DNA of 61,694 nucleotides, the filler included, from Chiloscyllium plagiosum (taxonomy: Eukaryota): the NCBI RefSeq assembly GCF_004010195.1. It is 4 parts of one record of this genome, joined end to end, with 100 filler letters (N's around TTAATTAATTAA, not from the genome) between each part and the next. Parts side by side here need not be neighbours in the genome. Positions count along the whole stretch, not along the records: positions 1 to 24,000 come from NC_057711.1; 3 more parts are not named here. One strand, 5' to 3'. The position numbers were made by a program, and so were the translations under genes. Within the stretch, counting starts at the first letter, position 1. Every line of letters starts with the position of its first letter. Shown piece by piece: positions 1 through 13,819 of the stretch. The notes under the pieces were generated by a model. It was not told the DNA's origin, ran no database searches, and saw only the letters and a list, made by a program, of their open reading frames with translations.

Positions 1-340
1 CATTCTTGGACATCCTGACAAACAGCTAAGCTACTTGCTGGACTACAAGTCTGGATCCCATCCCCCTGCCAAATTAGCTTAAACCCCCCCGAAGAGTGCT
101 AGCAAACCTACCTCCCAGGATATTGGTGCCCTTCTGGTTCAGGTGCAACCCGTCCTGCTTGTACAGATCCCACCTTCACCAGAATGCAGTCCAATTGTCC
201 GAATACCTGAAGCCCCCAGGATATTGGTGCCCTTCTGGTTCAGGTGCAACCCGTCCTGCTTGTACAGATCCCACCTTCACCAGAATGCAGTCCAATTGTC
301 CGAATACCTGAAGCCCTCCCTCCTACACCATCCTTGCAAG
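1..340 (-). mobile_element. CR1-clade LINE fragment (ORF1 esterase C-terminus)
   Basis: Minus strand reads WCRREGFRYSDNWTAFW..WDLYKQDGLHLNQKGTNILG, the DGLHL motif of CR1 ORF1 SGNH esterase. Confidence 0.8.
114..316. repeat. Perfect 101-bp tandem duplication
   Basis: 114-214 is repeated identically at 215-315, with CCC at the junction. Confidence 0.95.
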
Positions 341-499
341 GGCATGGCACATAAACTGGATAGGTGTGATTGAGGACTGAAACCTTGTGTTGGTGGTCTA
401 ATTAATGCAGACAATGAAGATAAGTGTTGTTGGAGGCCAATCATCTCAGTTCCTTTGATTGGTGACTTCTCAACCATCCTCAATTGCTTCATAATTACT

Positions 500-1470
500 T
501 CGCATTTGATCTTTCCTCCATTCTAGGGTCAGAAGAGGAGATTGCATAATGCTCAGTTCCATATACAATTCTTCAACCTCTGAAGCAGTCAGTGTGGCAA
601 GATCTGATTGATATTCTGGCTTGAGCTTATATGGGAAAAGTAATATTCATATCACTTAATTGAAAGGAAAGGAGTGTTTCTAACAGAATTTAACAACCTT
701 CCAATGATAATCAATGACATTACCATCAATGAATACTCAGCAATTAATATCCTGGGGGTTACCATTGACCAGAGATGTAACTGGAACCAGCCATATAAAT
801 ACTGCAACTTCAAGAGCAGGTCAGGGGTTCTTCAGTGAGTAACATACTTCCTGACTTCCTTAAGCCTGTCCACCATCTTTAGAGATGATAGAAGTGTGAA
901 CAAATACTTCCCACTTGTCTGCATAAGTGCAACTCCCACAAAACGCTAAAAACTCAGTGTTTCTAAGGACTAATCAGCCCACATATTGGTACCCATTAAA
1001 TATTCATTCCCTGCATCATCGGTACACATAGGATGTAAGGTAGTTTTCCACATTTTAGCTCATATAAAAGTTACCACAGTGTATTGGATTGTGTTGAGAC
1101 TGATACCTGGAGGCTTGTTAACAGCAGACTATGTACTGAGACCTCTGTAATAATGAAACACTGCACACAAAATATAAGATGTCCTGCAGCAACTTAACAA
1201 GGCTTCTATGACACCCTTCAAATCACGGGTTCTATCACTTACAAGTGCAAAATCTACCACCACTTCCCTCTTCAAGTCACATGCCATCCTGATCTGGAAC
1301 CATATTATCATTCTTTCACTGTCACTACATGAAAATGCTGGAATTCTCTCCCTAATAGTACCGTGGGTGTACCTCGAACAAAGCAGTTCAATTAGGTGGT
1401 TCACTACACCCTTCTGCAGGGCAATTAGGGATGCGTAATAACCTAGCCAGTGACACCCAAATCCCATGAA
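500..1470 (+). mobile_element. Old non-LTR retrotransposon 3' remnant (CR1/L2 group)
   Basis: Contains atcctgggggttaccattgaccag (ILGVTIDQ, RT C-terminal motif). Its 3' end (ctagccagtgacacccaaatcccatgaatgaat) recurs at 2630-2665. Confidence 0.55.
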
Positions 1471-3607
1471 TGAATATAAGGTTATCGCATGCCTGGAGGA
1501 AATACAAAAAGAAATTTAATATGAGCAATCTGACTATTTGTACATGAACTTTGCTCATCAAAAAATGCATCCCCTGAGAATTAAATGGATTTAGTGGAAA
1601 AGTGCTGCATCATTCCGAGATGTTATACTGAACTCTTTCGAAGGCTGCTGCTCATTAAAATAAGTGTTGCTTGAATGGGCTCATGCAGTAATAATGTGAA
1701 TATGTGCCATGAAGATTCAGTTGATTATTTCTTTTGCAAGTAGTTGATATTCTATTTTATCACAATGAATCTATCCAGTATTCCCTCCTTTTCTCAATCT
1801 TGTTCACAACAAGATTTCTAGTTTATAATGCAGACTGGCATTACCATCTGTTCTCCTAATGGAAAGTTGACATTGTCCATAAATAAGTGAAGCAGCATTG
1901 AGTTTAAGTTCGCTGTAACCAATAAATGGGCATTGTCTGCCATTTGATAGAATTCTCCTTGCTGGCTTCATTTCCATGAATTTGCCCTGGAAATTGTTGG
2001 AAGTGGCAGATGGTTCACTATAAATTACGTGGCAAAGGCAAACATTTGTGAATTTCCATAGTCAATCAGTCAGTTTGCACTGGGTGGCTCGCTTGCTTGC
2101 TCCAAAGTTGGCGTGAAACCTGCTCTGACCCTTCAGAGTAAGGCCTACCGTATCTTCTTCCAAAGGCAGTTCAGAAGGAAGCGAGGAACCTTTCTGTGAA
2201 ATCCAGATGCTGAAGGTGAAAGTCTCACTAAGTGAATACAAACAGCCAATCAGAGGCCAGCAGCTCTCACACTTGGCAGTGCCCCTGAGGAGGTTGTGTC
2301 TTCTGCCAGATGGACAACGAGGATTGTAGGGACCAAGGCATCAGCTGAGTGCTTTTTGAAGGTGTTGGAATTAATTCTGAGCTCCAGGGGAGATTGACAG
2401 GGTGGAGGGGAAGGGGTTATGTAAGTATGGAAGCCATCGATGTCCAGTTCCCTCACACTTGCTCAAATTTGTGCCAATTGAGGTAACTCCACTGCATTCA
2501 ACTGGCAATGTGGTTACCTGTTGGATGAGCTGACCCTTCTTGTGTCCTACCTCGAGTTGAGATAACAACTCAGGGTTAAGGGTTCGGGTTAGGGTTGGGA
2601 TTAGGGCTGGGGATGTGCAATAAATGCTGCCTAGCCAGTGACGCCCTCTCTTGTGAATGAATAAAGAATAAGCAAACAGCAAGCCAGATGAGAACAAGCG
2701 CTGAATGATTATCAATTGAGCTCTTACTGGACTGAATTGGTGTGGGGCAGGAAAGTGGAGCTTGTGCCTTCCCTCCTATCCCTTCAAATGTCCGTTGGTA
2801 CAGGGGAAAGAGTAATTGGTTTCTGGAATGCCAGCATCCTGTGTCCCCCTACCAGGCCCACCATCACTAGAAATTTTAAAAAGATTGACCCTGGTGAATT
2901 TATTGCTAAATTACCCACTGAAAGTAATGACTGGGGCTGTGGAGGGTTGTTCTTCTGATCCCAACTCATTCCAATTTTACCATGGCTCCTTGTCTTGTTA
3001 TTTCTCACAATTAGTATATCAGTATTCCTAAAAGAGATATGTCAATGTTGTCATCAAACTATCATGGGATCTCACCTGAAGATATGGGGATTGTAGTCTC
3101 CATCTTAATTTGACCAGTTAAAGCATGATCCCCTAAGAGATGCCAAATAGCCTACTACTAGTCCAGATACTTCTATGTCTGTGAATATGTTTGTATCTAA
3201 CTGTGAGCTGAAATAAATATGTGTTGAATTTTTCAATACCGCTTGTAGTTCTTATATTATGATGGGAAACCTAGGCATTGCCACATTAAGTACAAATACA
3301 CTGATGGAGACAAAATATGTAACATCTTAATGCCACATTCAGTCACATTCTGCTAGGGGTGCTTGGTGCTAGGGGCAGTTACTTTTATCTCAGCTCTGGA
3401 TTTCAGCCACTTTATCTATGTTTTGACTAAGGCTGTAGTAAGGTCTGGAACCAAGTGGCTAGGACAGAATTCAAGCTCAATAAATAGGCTACTACTGAGT
3501 AAGTGGTGCTGTATAGCGCTGTCATCCACACCTTCCTTCATTTTACTGATAGACACTGTCCAGGACAGTCTTGGATATGCTCCATATTGGAAGAAAGGTG
3601 GCTGTGT

Positions 3608-3955
3608 TCATAGATCATAGAATCCCTACAGTGCAGAAAGAGCCCATTTGGCCCATTGAGTCTGCTCCTCTGAAGAGCATCCCACCCAGAACCATCTTCT
3701 CACCCTATCCCCATAACCGTACATTAACCATGGCTAACCCACTTAGCCTACACATCCATGGACACTATGGGACAATTTACCAGGGCCAATCCACCTAACC
3801 CACACATCTTTGGATTTTAAGAGGAGAAAGGACCGCCCAGTGGAAACCCGAGCAGATGGAGGGAGAACATCCAAACTCTCCACTCATCATTTAAAGCTAG
3901 AATCGAACACAGGTCCCTGTCACCATGAGCAGCAGTGCTAATCACCATTGTGTCA
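3608..3955 (-). mobile_element. HE1-type tRNA-derived SINE (diverged)
   Basis: Same head, core and tail as the cleaner copy at 35071-35360. Confidence 0.75.
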
Positions 3956-4960
3956 GTGTTGAGTTTGTTTGGCAAGAGGAGCAGTTTGACCTCGATCATT
4001 TGTCCCAATCGCTGCTGACAATGCCTTTGTTGTATGCAAAGTGCTTGTGTCATGACAATGATAGCACACAAAACTTGTTAAAGTTTTGCATCTGTTATGG
4101 TTCGGTCCTCAGATGGAGGCACTGATCCCAAATTATTTTTTAAATCTTCAGTTTAGGGGAAGTGATGAAAATCATGGGTATGCAAGAAACCAAAATTTAA
4201 GGAACGCAGATGGTTGTAAAGCTGGAGAAGATTTCATCGACAAAGCCACTGACCTAGTGGAAAAGAAGGAGGAGAATATAACTGAAGGACATGAGGTGCG
4301 TAAGCAGTTAATAGCCTGAAAGAAGAAATATGCCATAAACTGCCTCAGGCAACAAGCTATGGATTTTTGAGCATGATGGCACGTCTATTTTGGCAGATGT
4401 AATTCAATGCGTTACAGATGGCTGCAGTTTTCTCAGGCACTGCTCTTCTGACTTATCGAGCTAACCTCAATGTTGACAATATGCCTACTGGATCCATTAA
4501 TGGCACAAACTGATGAATCTCTCGTGAAGCAGTCAGCTTATATCACTTTGAATCTGATGTTGTCTACTGTGATAGGTAAAGCCTCTCTCTTAAATTTTAT
4601 GATTGATTAGTGCTTACTTTTTTGATGTGTTCTTTGCTCCATTTTATGATGTAGCTCTAATAGTTCAGTCAAGAGAAAGCGTTATGAAAGACTAAACACT
4701 ATCCAGGAAAACCTCTTCACCTGGAGGGTAGTTAAAGTATAGGTTAAAGGTTAAATAAAAAGACAGTAGAGATGCAATAGCAGGCATTTAAGGGGTAATT
4801 GAAAATACATAGAATAGATAGACTCTGAGAAAAATTCCAAGTGACAGACCCACCATCCGTGATTAAGTGGAAATGTTAAAATATCAAACTAAAAAAAAAC
4901 ATTAAATTTTGCAAAGGCAGATGATAGGTCAGGAAATTGACAGAGCATGAAACAGCAAGG

Positions 4961-5462
4961 TTTGCTCGCTGAGCTGTAAGGTTCATTTCCAGATGTTTCA
5001 TCATCCTACTAGGTAACATCTTCAGTGGGCCTCTGAGTGAAGCACCACTGATGATTCCTGCTTTCTAGTTATATGTTTGGGTTTCTTTGGGTTGGTGATG
5101 TCATTTCCTGTGGTGATGTCATTTTCTGTTCTTTTTCTCAGGCAGTAGTAGATGGGGCCTAGTTCTGGTTGGAATGCCATGCTTCTAGGAATTCTCGTGC
5201 ATGTCTCTGGCTTATCCTAGGATGGATGTTGTCCCACATTGGACACTACATTGGACAAACAGGCAGAACACTAGCCACCAGGATACATGAACATCAACTA
5301 GCCACAAAACAACATGACCTTCTTTCACTAGTATCCTTACAAACAGATAAGGAAGGACACCACTTCAACTGGGACAACACATCCATCCTAGGACAAGCCA
5401 AACAGAGATACGCACGAGAATCCAGAACCTCAACCTGAGCTACAAATCTTCATAATACTCGC
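4961..5462. mobile_element. Penelope-like element 3' fragment (Penelope/Poseidon type) with inverted arms
   Basis: Plus strand YIGQTGRTLATRIHEHQLA...HHFNWDN (GIY-YIG endonuclease). Minus arm has a hammerhead-like CTGAAGA..GAAAC near 4993-5025. Flanked by direct repeat atgaaacagcaa. Confidence 0.8.
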
Positions 5463-5499
5463 TATGAAACAGCAAAGGATGATCCAAAAATTAATAAGG

Positions 5500-6975
5500 A
5501 CGAATGATTACTGAATAAGAATAAACAGATAACAAGATTTTCTATAAACATTTTAAAAAGGAAATAGTTAACAACATTAATATTTTTCTCATAGAAAGTG
5601 ACTGAAGAATTAATAGTGGAAAATAAGGAAACAACAGATGAAAAAAACAATATTTTGCATCAGTCTTTTCTGTAGAGAATATAAGTGACATCCCAAAAGC
5701 AACAGTAAATCAAAACATGGATGGGAGAGAGAAACTCAGAAAAATTGCACGTGGTGCTCAGTAAATTGGAGGAGATGCAAGTCGACTAGTATTTGAGTCC
5801 CAATGGACTCAATCCGATATGTTTAAAGGAAATAACTAGTGAGATAGTTGATGCGTTGGTTTAAATTTTCCAAAACTCCCTTGATTTAGGGATGGACCCA
5901 TCAGCTTGAAAGATAACCAATGTAATATCTTCATTCAAAAAGGGAGGGAGACAGCAAAATGTTAATTGCAATTAACTTAACATTGCCATAGTGAAAACGT
6001 TACAAAAATTACTGTTAAAGCAGTTATAGCAAATAACTTGTTTAAGTTTAAGGTGATCAGGTAGAATCAATGTGATTTTGTGAAATGGAAATTGTTTTCA
6101 ACAAACCTATTAGAGTTCTTTGAGGAGGTAACTCATACTATGAATAAAGAGGAACCAATGGATATACTATACTTAGATTTCCAGAAGGCATTTGAGATGG
6201 TGTCACATCAAGTGCAACAACAGAAAGTTATGTTCATAGAGTGGGGAGTGGCATATTGTCATGGATAGAAGATATTGGCTAGCTAACTACATGACGGAAG
6301 TAGGCTTACATGCATTTTTTCCAGACTGTCAAGATATAGTGTGTGTTATGCAAGAGGGCTTGGTGCTGGAACTTCAAATGGTTAGTATTTATGTAAATGA
6401 CTGGATGAAGGAATTGTTGCCAAATTTGGTGACAGCACAAAGACAGGTGGGAAAGTAACCTGTGAAGATGACATGAGCAGCTACAAAAATATATTGATAG
6501 GTTTTGTGAATGAGCAAAGATATGGAAGATGAAGTATTACTGTGAAAACTATGAAATGGTACATTTTGGAAGGATAAATTATGAAGGAGCATGTTATCTA
6601 ATTGGTGAGAGATTGCAGAGCTCTGGCATGTATAAAGATTTGGGTGTTCTATAGAATGAATAGTTAAGGTTAGTGTGGAGGTGCGGCATATAACTCAAAA
6701 GCTGATAGATTGTTATCATTTATTGCAAGCAGAATAGATGTAAACATAGGGCATTTATGCTTCAGTAGTACAAAGTACTTATGAGATCAAACCTGGTGCA
6801 TTGTGCACAGTATGTGTCATCTCATTTAGGAAGGATGTGCTGGAGGCAGTTCAAGGATGGTTTATAAGACTAATGTCTGTAATGAAAGAGCTATCCAATG
6901 AGAAAAGGTTGAATAGTTTAGACCTGGAGTTTAAAAAAGTGAGAAGTGACTTTATTGAAACATATAACATATATG
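5500..6975 (+). mobile_element. Old CR1 LINE ORF2 remnant
   Basis: Translates TNLLEFFEEVT..DILYLDFQKAF and later RT C-terminal motifs, with many stops. Confidence 0.8.
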
Positions 6976-8949
6976 CCATATGAGTTCTTAGAGACTGTCA
7001 TTAAAGAAATTGAAAGTTTTTTTAAAATTTCAGAACTATATCCATGCTGTCACATTGTGTATAATTTCATATCATTAAGGTCATTTATACAACTTCTAGG
7101 AAGTACAGAACTTGAACATTTCTGGAAAGGGAGACCTGTTTTCAAAACTTCATCTGGACGTTTCAGGACAAATCCAAGAATGCTATTTAAAACAATCTCA
7201 AAAATTTATACTATAGGAGAAAAGAGTTAACTGATTAACTGAAGTGTTGCTATGAAGAAACTAATGAACTTCCACACATAGCTCATTTTTCTGCAATATA
7301 ATGTTTCTCATGGATTGGTATAGTTTATTTATGATCCCTAATGTATCCAGCACAGGTAACCACATGCAAAATTATGTTTTCTACTTGATTGTTGGATGAC
7401 AAGAAAATTGATATATTGTCATTTTTTTTAAGAGAAACAAGCTGATCTCTGTACAGTTTTGGCTACTTGAAATGATATGCCATACAATGCAGCATCAATT
7501 TTGTAATGAAAAATTATCTTCCATGAGATAATAAGCAGATCCAAATATGATCTGTTTTCCTACAGGCTGATTTGGTGCTCAGTAATGAGGTATTGAAACT
7601 GGTCACACTTGACTTACTCTGGTCTCTGAATGCAATTTACTGTTTATTACAATTCTGGGTTTCTGTACCAGTCAAAACTATCAATGCTTTAGGGCATTTG
7701 TGCATTATAGATTTTTGTTATTGAAAGGAAGACTTGAGACTGATTTCAGCCTGTCAAGACTTTCTCACTCTGTAATGGGGACCAGGATGCCTCCAGATGC
7801 AATTAATGGAAACCCACTCACTGTCAGACTGATAAGACTGAGGTCAATGCCCATTACTACTCTCCGCATTCAATTTTCAATGTACAGCAAAGTTGGATGG
7901 GACGAACACAGTATAAGCAGCCAAACTTGATATTGGTGAGTTGAATAAGAAAAGAACTGAGGGAAGAGCCTAAGAAGGTAAGCAGATGAAGACTGGGCTA
8001 CAGCATCAGGGAACGAATGCATGGGCCAGATAATATCAAATGCGGAGCTGGAAGGTGCATTCCTGTCCTCCATTTTGGAGAATTAGGAGGAAGCATGACA
8101 GAGAAAATAAGGTACTACATAAGTGAAGGACCTTTTCTTTAAAATGTGAAGATTTTGTATGAATCATCCACTGAAACAGCAGGCCTATTTTTCACGTGTG
8201 ATTGTTGGTGAGTGATCAGAGGGGACAATCAATGACACCAATGAGAGACACAATGCATTAGCTCTAATTAACTCCCACTGGCAAGCTACCTGCTTATTTA
8301 CAGCATTGACTGGCATGTCACCGATATAGAAGATAGGTGACCTGCTGAACCCAATAATTTTTAAAGGGAGATCCCAACCTGTAAAATTGAATGCAGCACT
8401 TAATTGTCATTTATTCCACCCAACTTCAAAACTTGAAAGTTTGAGACAGAGAGAGAGAAAGTGAGATAACCCTCACACTGAAGCCTATACATAATGATTC
8501 ATACTGTTCCTTAACTAAAAAGGATCTTCAAAGACATATTGTGACAGAATTTAAAATGGTATACGAAAGAGGAGGCTGCTGCCAATGTCACAGTGAAGAA
8601 TGAATTCGAAGAGATAGTGGATAGGATAAAAGTAAAGACAGAGGTGTTAAAATGTTTGGCAGAACTCAAAATTGGGAAGTCAAAATCGGAAAGTCAAAAT
8701 TTCTGGATGAAGTACAACTGAAATTGCTGAGAGATGGAAAGGTAAAAACTATGGGGTCATAATCCTCCTCAGACACAAAATAGTGCCAGAGCATTGGAGA
8801 ATTGTGAGCATTGTACACCTATTTATAAAAGGACAGTGGGGTAAATCTATCTAACGTTACTGTTGGGGAATTTTGAGAAAATTAACTAAGACAAAATGAA
8901 TTGCCACTTTATAAAAAAATTGTCTAATGAATAGAATAGAATTTTTAAA

Positions 8950-9697
8950 AATAACATAAATTTATTGTCATGAGTACTTTTACATGAAAAATGCAGTGAA
9001 AAGTTTGATAAACCTCCCCCCGCCCTCAACCCATGGCATCTACATCAATAATAGAAGTCATAGATAATTGTAAAAAAGGGTAAAATTAAGGCAAAATTCA
9101 CTACACTTGAGTTAGAAGCTCCTGGGCTCGGCGAAAACCAATTAAGGAATGATAGAATACCCTGAAGATGTAGCCAGTACAAAACTACCCTGCCAAGCCA
9201 CTGGATACTAAGCCGGAAGCCACAACCAAAGAAGACCACTGTGCCGAGCCAAGACTACCCCTCCTGGACAACTCTAAAGACGGGGTCACTTGAAGACAAA
9301 GAAGACCTCCACATGGGGACAAGACCTCCATGCTAGGACAAGACTACCACACACAGAGATTGCCATACTGGGCCATGACTGCCTTTCTCCTCCCTCAGGC
9401 ACCCAGGCCTAGCTGAAAACCAGGAACCTTGGTCAAGCCTGCAAGTCCAGGCCGAAGGAGTCAGCCTGGGACCTGCTCCTCGCTCACACTAAGGTAGATC
9501 CATGACCGGCTTGTACTGGCAGTGCTACTGCTAACACTAGAGGCTTCCTCCTTCACCCGCCACACTCCAGACTTAAAAGAAAATAAAACAAAGAAAAAGA
9601 AAAAAAGACAAAATTAAACAGTCTAAAAAGAAGAGAAAGAGAGCTGATGGAAGCAGAAGAGCCCCGGGCTGTGCTCCCCTACTCTGCTGCCATCTTG
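8950..9697 (-). mobile_element. Probable non-autonomous LINE derivative
   Basis: Minus-strand 5' end CAAGATGGCAGC (YY1-like LINE 5' motif). Its 3' end resembles that of the Rex1-like LINE near 57685-57730. No ORF. Confidence 0.4.
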
Positions 9698-9859
9698 AAA
9701 TGAATGAAAGTCATCATAAATTTCTTGAAGACCAATCATTTTGGCTAAGTTGATTGAGTTTTTAGATAAAATACCAGTTCATTGAAGGTACTGTAGTTGA
9801 TGCAGTTGGAATTTCAAATAGTGCTGAATAATGAACAAAGAATCAGACATTGAAATGTT

Positions 9860-10270
9860 CATTCAGGCAGGCATGCTAAACATCCACATCATATTGAGAA
9901 AGTCAAAATGAGTTAAGTGGGTCATGTAGCCAGAATGCCTAACACTCAGTAGTATATCTTCTGTGAAGAGTTTGAGTCCAGGGTGTGCTCTCATCACAGT
10001 TAAAGTGCTTCAAGCTTCTCTGAATGGTTCACTCACAAGTTTTTACTGAACTTCAAGTCCTGGGAGAAGTTCACTCAGTGTCACTGCACCTGCCTGAACC
10101 GGATGACAATGATGTGACTGCCTTTCAAAGCAAACATGGATCAGAGACAAAGCGAAAATATAGGGGAGAGTAAATTCCAAACTAGCAACTCATCAAAAAC
10201 TTCAATTATTTGCATATCCTATCTATTTACAGCAGAACCTTTTGGAAAGAGATGTGCCTTACCAGTCACC
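9860..10270 (+). mobile_element. RTE-clade LINE 3' remnant
   Basis: Degenerate *VGHVARMPNT..IFCEE resembles the RTE C-terminal WAGHVxRM motif. Confidence 0.5.
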
Positions 10271-10575
10271 AAGGTAACAAAGAGAACCATACTAAATGTC
10301 CAGATGTTGAACATGAGCATCTCTGTCTGAAAGGATATACAAAAATAATAAACCACATCATCTACAAAAGGTGATGTCCATGGCATTAAATGGGCAGTGA
10401 AAGTATGAGTACATGTTTGGATAAAAGATAGAAAACAATACTTATGGTGAATAACTACTTTTCAGAATTGGGGGAAACATAAGAATTGGCATTAGAATTG
10501 GTATTTAATTTTGCTCCTAAGGTGTTAAATGCCTGTGGTTACTGGATACTGAGACCTCATGGTAATAAGGCAAAT

Positions 10576-10746
10576 AGAGTCATACAGTCATAGAGATGCA
10601 CAGCATGGAAACAGACCCTTCGGTCCAACCCGTCCATGCCAACCAGATATCCCAACCCAATCTAGTCCCATCTGCCAGCACCCGGCCCATATCCCTCCAA
10701 ACCCTTCTTATTCATATACCCATCCAAATGCCTCTTAAATGTTGCA
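10576..10746 (-). mobile_element. HER1/CR1 LINE 3' terminal fragment
   Basis: Reverse complement of the 3' UTR and (ctatga)n tail at 30740-30912. Confidence 0.85.
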
Positions 10747-11043
10747 AAATAGTTGTTAAGTACGAATTTGTTAATTGTATTCAAATGTTTAGTTTAGTTT
10801 ATTTTATTTGTTTTTGCTGAAACAATAATTAAATGTTTATAAAGGAGAATCAGACAGTAGGTGGTTGAGTTTTGCGATGTGTGGTTAATTAAAATAAACT
10901 AGAAAGTGTATACTTAGATTTTTTTCAAAGGGTATTTAAGTACTAGTGAATTATACTGATATGCATGAAAATAGTAACTGAGTCAAACAACGTCCTTATG
11001 TGTTGTGGAAAGCAGTTAGAAAGTGAACAGTTTGACTGATATA

Positions 11044-11858
11044 GGAGAAAGTGAGGACTGCAGATGCTGGAGATCAGAACTGAAAAATGTGTTGCTGGAA
11101 AAGCGCAGCAGGTCAGGCAGCATCCAAGGAGCCGGAGAATCGACATTTCGGGCATGAGCCCTTCTTCAGGAATGAGGAAGGTGTGCCAACCAGGCTAAGA
11201 TAAAAGGTAGGGAGGAGGGACTTGGGGGAGGGGCGTTGGGAATGCGATAGGTGGAAGGAGGTTAAGGTGAGGGTGATAGGCTGGAGACGGGGTGGGGGCG
11301 GAGAGGTCGGGAAGAAGATTGCAGGTCAAGAAGGCAGTGCTGAGTCCAAGGGTTGCGACAGAGATAAGGTGGGGGGAGGGGAAATGAGGAAGCTAGAGAA
11401 ATCTGCATTCATCCCTTGTGGTTGGAGGGTTCCTAGGCGGAAGATGAGGCCCTCTTCCTCCAGGCGTGGTGTTGCCATGGTCTGGCGATGGAGGAGGCCA
11501 AGGATCTGCATGTCCTTGGTGGATTGGGAGGGGGAGTTAAAGTGTTTAGCAACGGGGCGGTTGGGTTGTTGGTGCGGGTGTCCCAGAGGTGTTCTCTGAA
11601 ACAATGTTAACAATGAAACAATGTAACCTCCTCCATTGCCAGACCATGGCAACACAACCGCCTAGAGGAAGAGCGCCTCATCTTCCGCCTAGGAACCCTC
11701 CAATGCCCCTCCCCCAAGTCCTTCCTCCCTACCTTTTACCTTAGCCTGCTTGGCACACCTCCCTCATTCCTGAAGAAGGGCTTATGCCCGAAATGTCGAT
11801 TCTCCTGCTCCTTGGATGCTGCTTGACCTGCTGCGCTTTTTCAGCAACACATTTTTCA
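11044..11858. mobile_element. PLE 3' fragment with long inverted arms, inserted in the LTR
   Basis: Minus arm encodes the GIY-YIG tail (HFNSPSQS..LEEEGLIFRLGTLQPQGMN). The plus arm 11630-11858 is its inverted copy. Direct repeat cagttt(g/a)actgata flanks it. Confidence 0.9.
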
Positions 11859-12136
11859 GTTTAACTGATATCACTAGGTAAGCTCTGTCTCTCAGGATAA
11901 AGGACTGATCCTGGGTGGAGTGAACTACTATCTGAAGAGTGCTCAGTGTGTTTGCATGTTTGTATCTGTGGCTAGTTGTATTGTGTAAATAATATCTAAT
12001 AAACATGTCCTGTTTATCAAGTTTGAGACAACTTCTGCCAGAAACTTCATGTAAGCATGGTATCGATAGCTACAAAGTTTCTCAGCCCCACCATTATAAG
12101 ATGTTCACAGCATTGAATGGCTAAGATTTAAAACAT

Positions 12137-12154
12137 TGGCACCCTATGATGTAG
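12137..12154 (+). promoter_or_regulatory. Putative tRNA primer-binding site
   Basis: TGGCACCC lies 1 nt after a CA terminus and resembles the complement of a tRNA-Arg(CCT) 3' end (TGGCACCCCAGATG, recalled). Only the first 8 nt match cleanly. Confidence 0.45.
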
Positions 12155-13059
12155 AAACGACAGTGGGCAGAGCCAGAAGAAATCTTCAGTTCTATGAAAT
12201 CACAACAAAGTAAAAGCAGCTTCGAGTCAGAAAATTACGAATGTACGCTGAAATGTTCAGCATGTCACAAGCACAGAGACAACCAATTTTTGTCAATAGA
12301 GCAGACAGTTCCCAAAAGCAGCAACAATGATCACAGTACTTAACCTGCCTCTAGAAACAGCTAGAAGTAGTGAAAAAAAACAGTGAAAAAGCTTGTGAGA
12401 TCATATAGAGTCTCGCAAATGATTCAAGAGGAGAAATCTAAATTATAACCTCTGGATAGAGCACTTGGCATTGAATACCAGAAGTGAAGTAAAGCACCTA
12501 AATGAAAATGTTTATAATTAAGAAAAAACATTAGAGACTGAGAATTTAAAAAAAAGTTGAAGTTGATATTTTAAGCAAGTGACTATTATTAAAATCCTCT
12601 ACAGAAACTGGAAAAATCTTTAAACAAAACTTTGGTTAAAATAAAAGACGCGTTTGTCGAAATTGCAGTATTATTTACAGATCTGTGTGAGACAGTGAAT
12701 GCAGAAAAAGAGGTTCTTGAAATCAGCATTTTATGTAAAAACAAATCTTTACCAAGCAGTTGAAAACACTCAAAATCAATAACAGCACAGTACGCAAAAC
12801 AGGTCAGAGCAGAAGGGAAAAGAGCATGACTCATACATATTGTTAAAGGGCATTAAATTCACAGAGAATGGGAGGAAATGGCATGAAATAACAGTCTTTA
12901 GTCCATTTTTGGTAAAATAAAAATGCAGTATTCCTTCATTATCATTTCTTCATTATCATTTTAAATGATTGAAAATACTTTTAGCAGGAAAAGGAGAGAA
13001 GTCTTAAAAATCTAGAAGGCTTTAAATGTCAATTAGCATAAATTGTTAACAGCTCCAAA

Positions 13060-13490
13060 TTTGCAGATGACACAAAGCTGATAGGAGGGTTAACCACAAG
13101 TCTCTCTTCTTACTCCAGTGTGATTTGGACAGGGTGAGTGAGCGAGTATAACATTGATGAGTCGATGGTTATCCATTTTGGTAGCAAAAGCAGAAAGGCA
13201 GATTATTATCTGAATGGCGATATATTGAAGGAGTTGCAATAAGTCCTGTATGTCCCTGTAGCCAGATGCTGAAAGTAAACATGATGGGCAGCAAGCAGTG
13301 AAGAAGGCAAGTGCTATGTTGGCCTTCATAGCAAGAGGATTTGAATACAGGAGCAAGGATTTCTTGTTGCAATTGTACAGTGCTTGGTGAGATCACATCT
13401 GGAGTACTGTACGCAGTTTTGGCTTCCTTGTCTCAGGAAGGATGTTCTGGCTATGGAAGAAGTACAATGAAAGGCCACCGGAATGATTAC
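13060..13490 (+). mobile_element. CR1 LINE fragment
   Basis: Contains KFADDTKL and LEYC motifs. Confidence 0.75.
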
Positions 13491-13819
13491 TGGCGTTGCA
13501 GAAGTGGCATGTGCCATAGGTGTGTGATTGATGCTTCAGTATATTGTACAGCAAGGTGTTCCTTTCCCCACCCCCATGGACAGATTCCTACTCACAACTG
13601 GCCTGTCTGTGTCTGCACAAAAAATCACATCAGTAGAGCAGTACTGTTAACCTTTGGCCCTGGCTGAAGCACCAATGTGCTAAAAAGCATGGCACAACAT
13701 GGCATGGATGATATGTGCATGTGCGTGTGCACATGTGTGTGCGCATGAGTAAGTGAGAAGCCCTGAGATGTAGCCTGGTCACGTCTGTGATCTGGGTGCC
13801 TGACCCCATGCTGCAGCCT

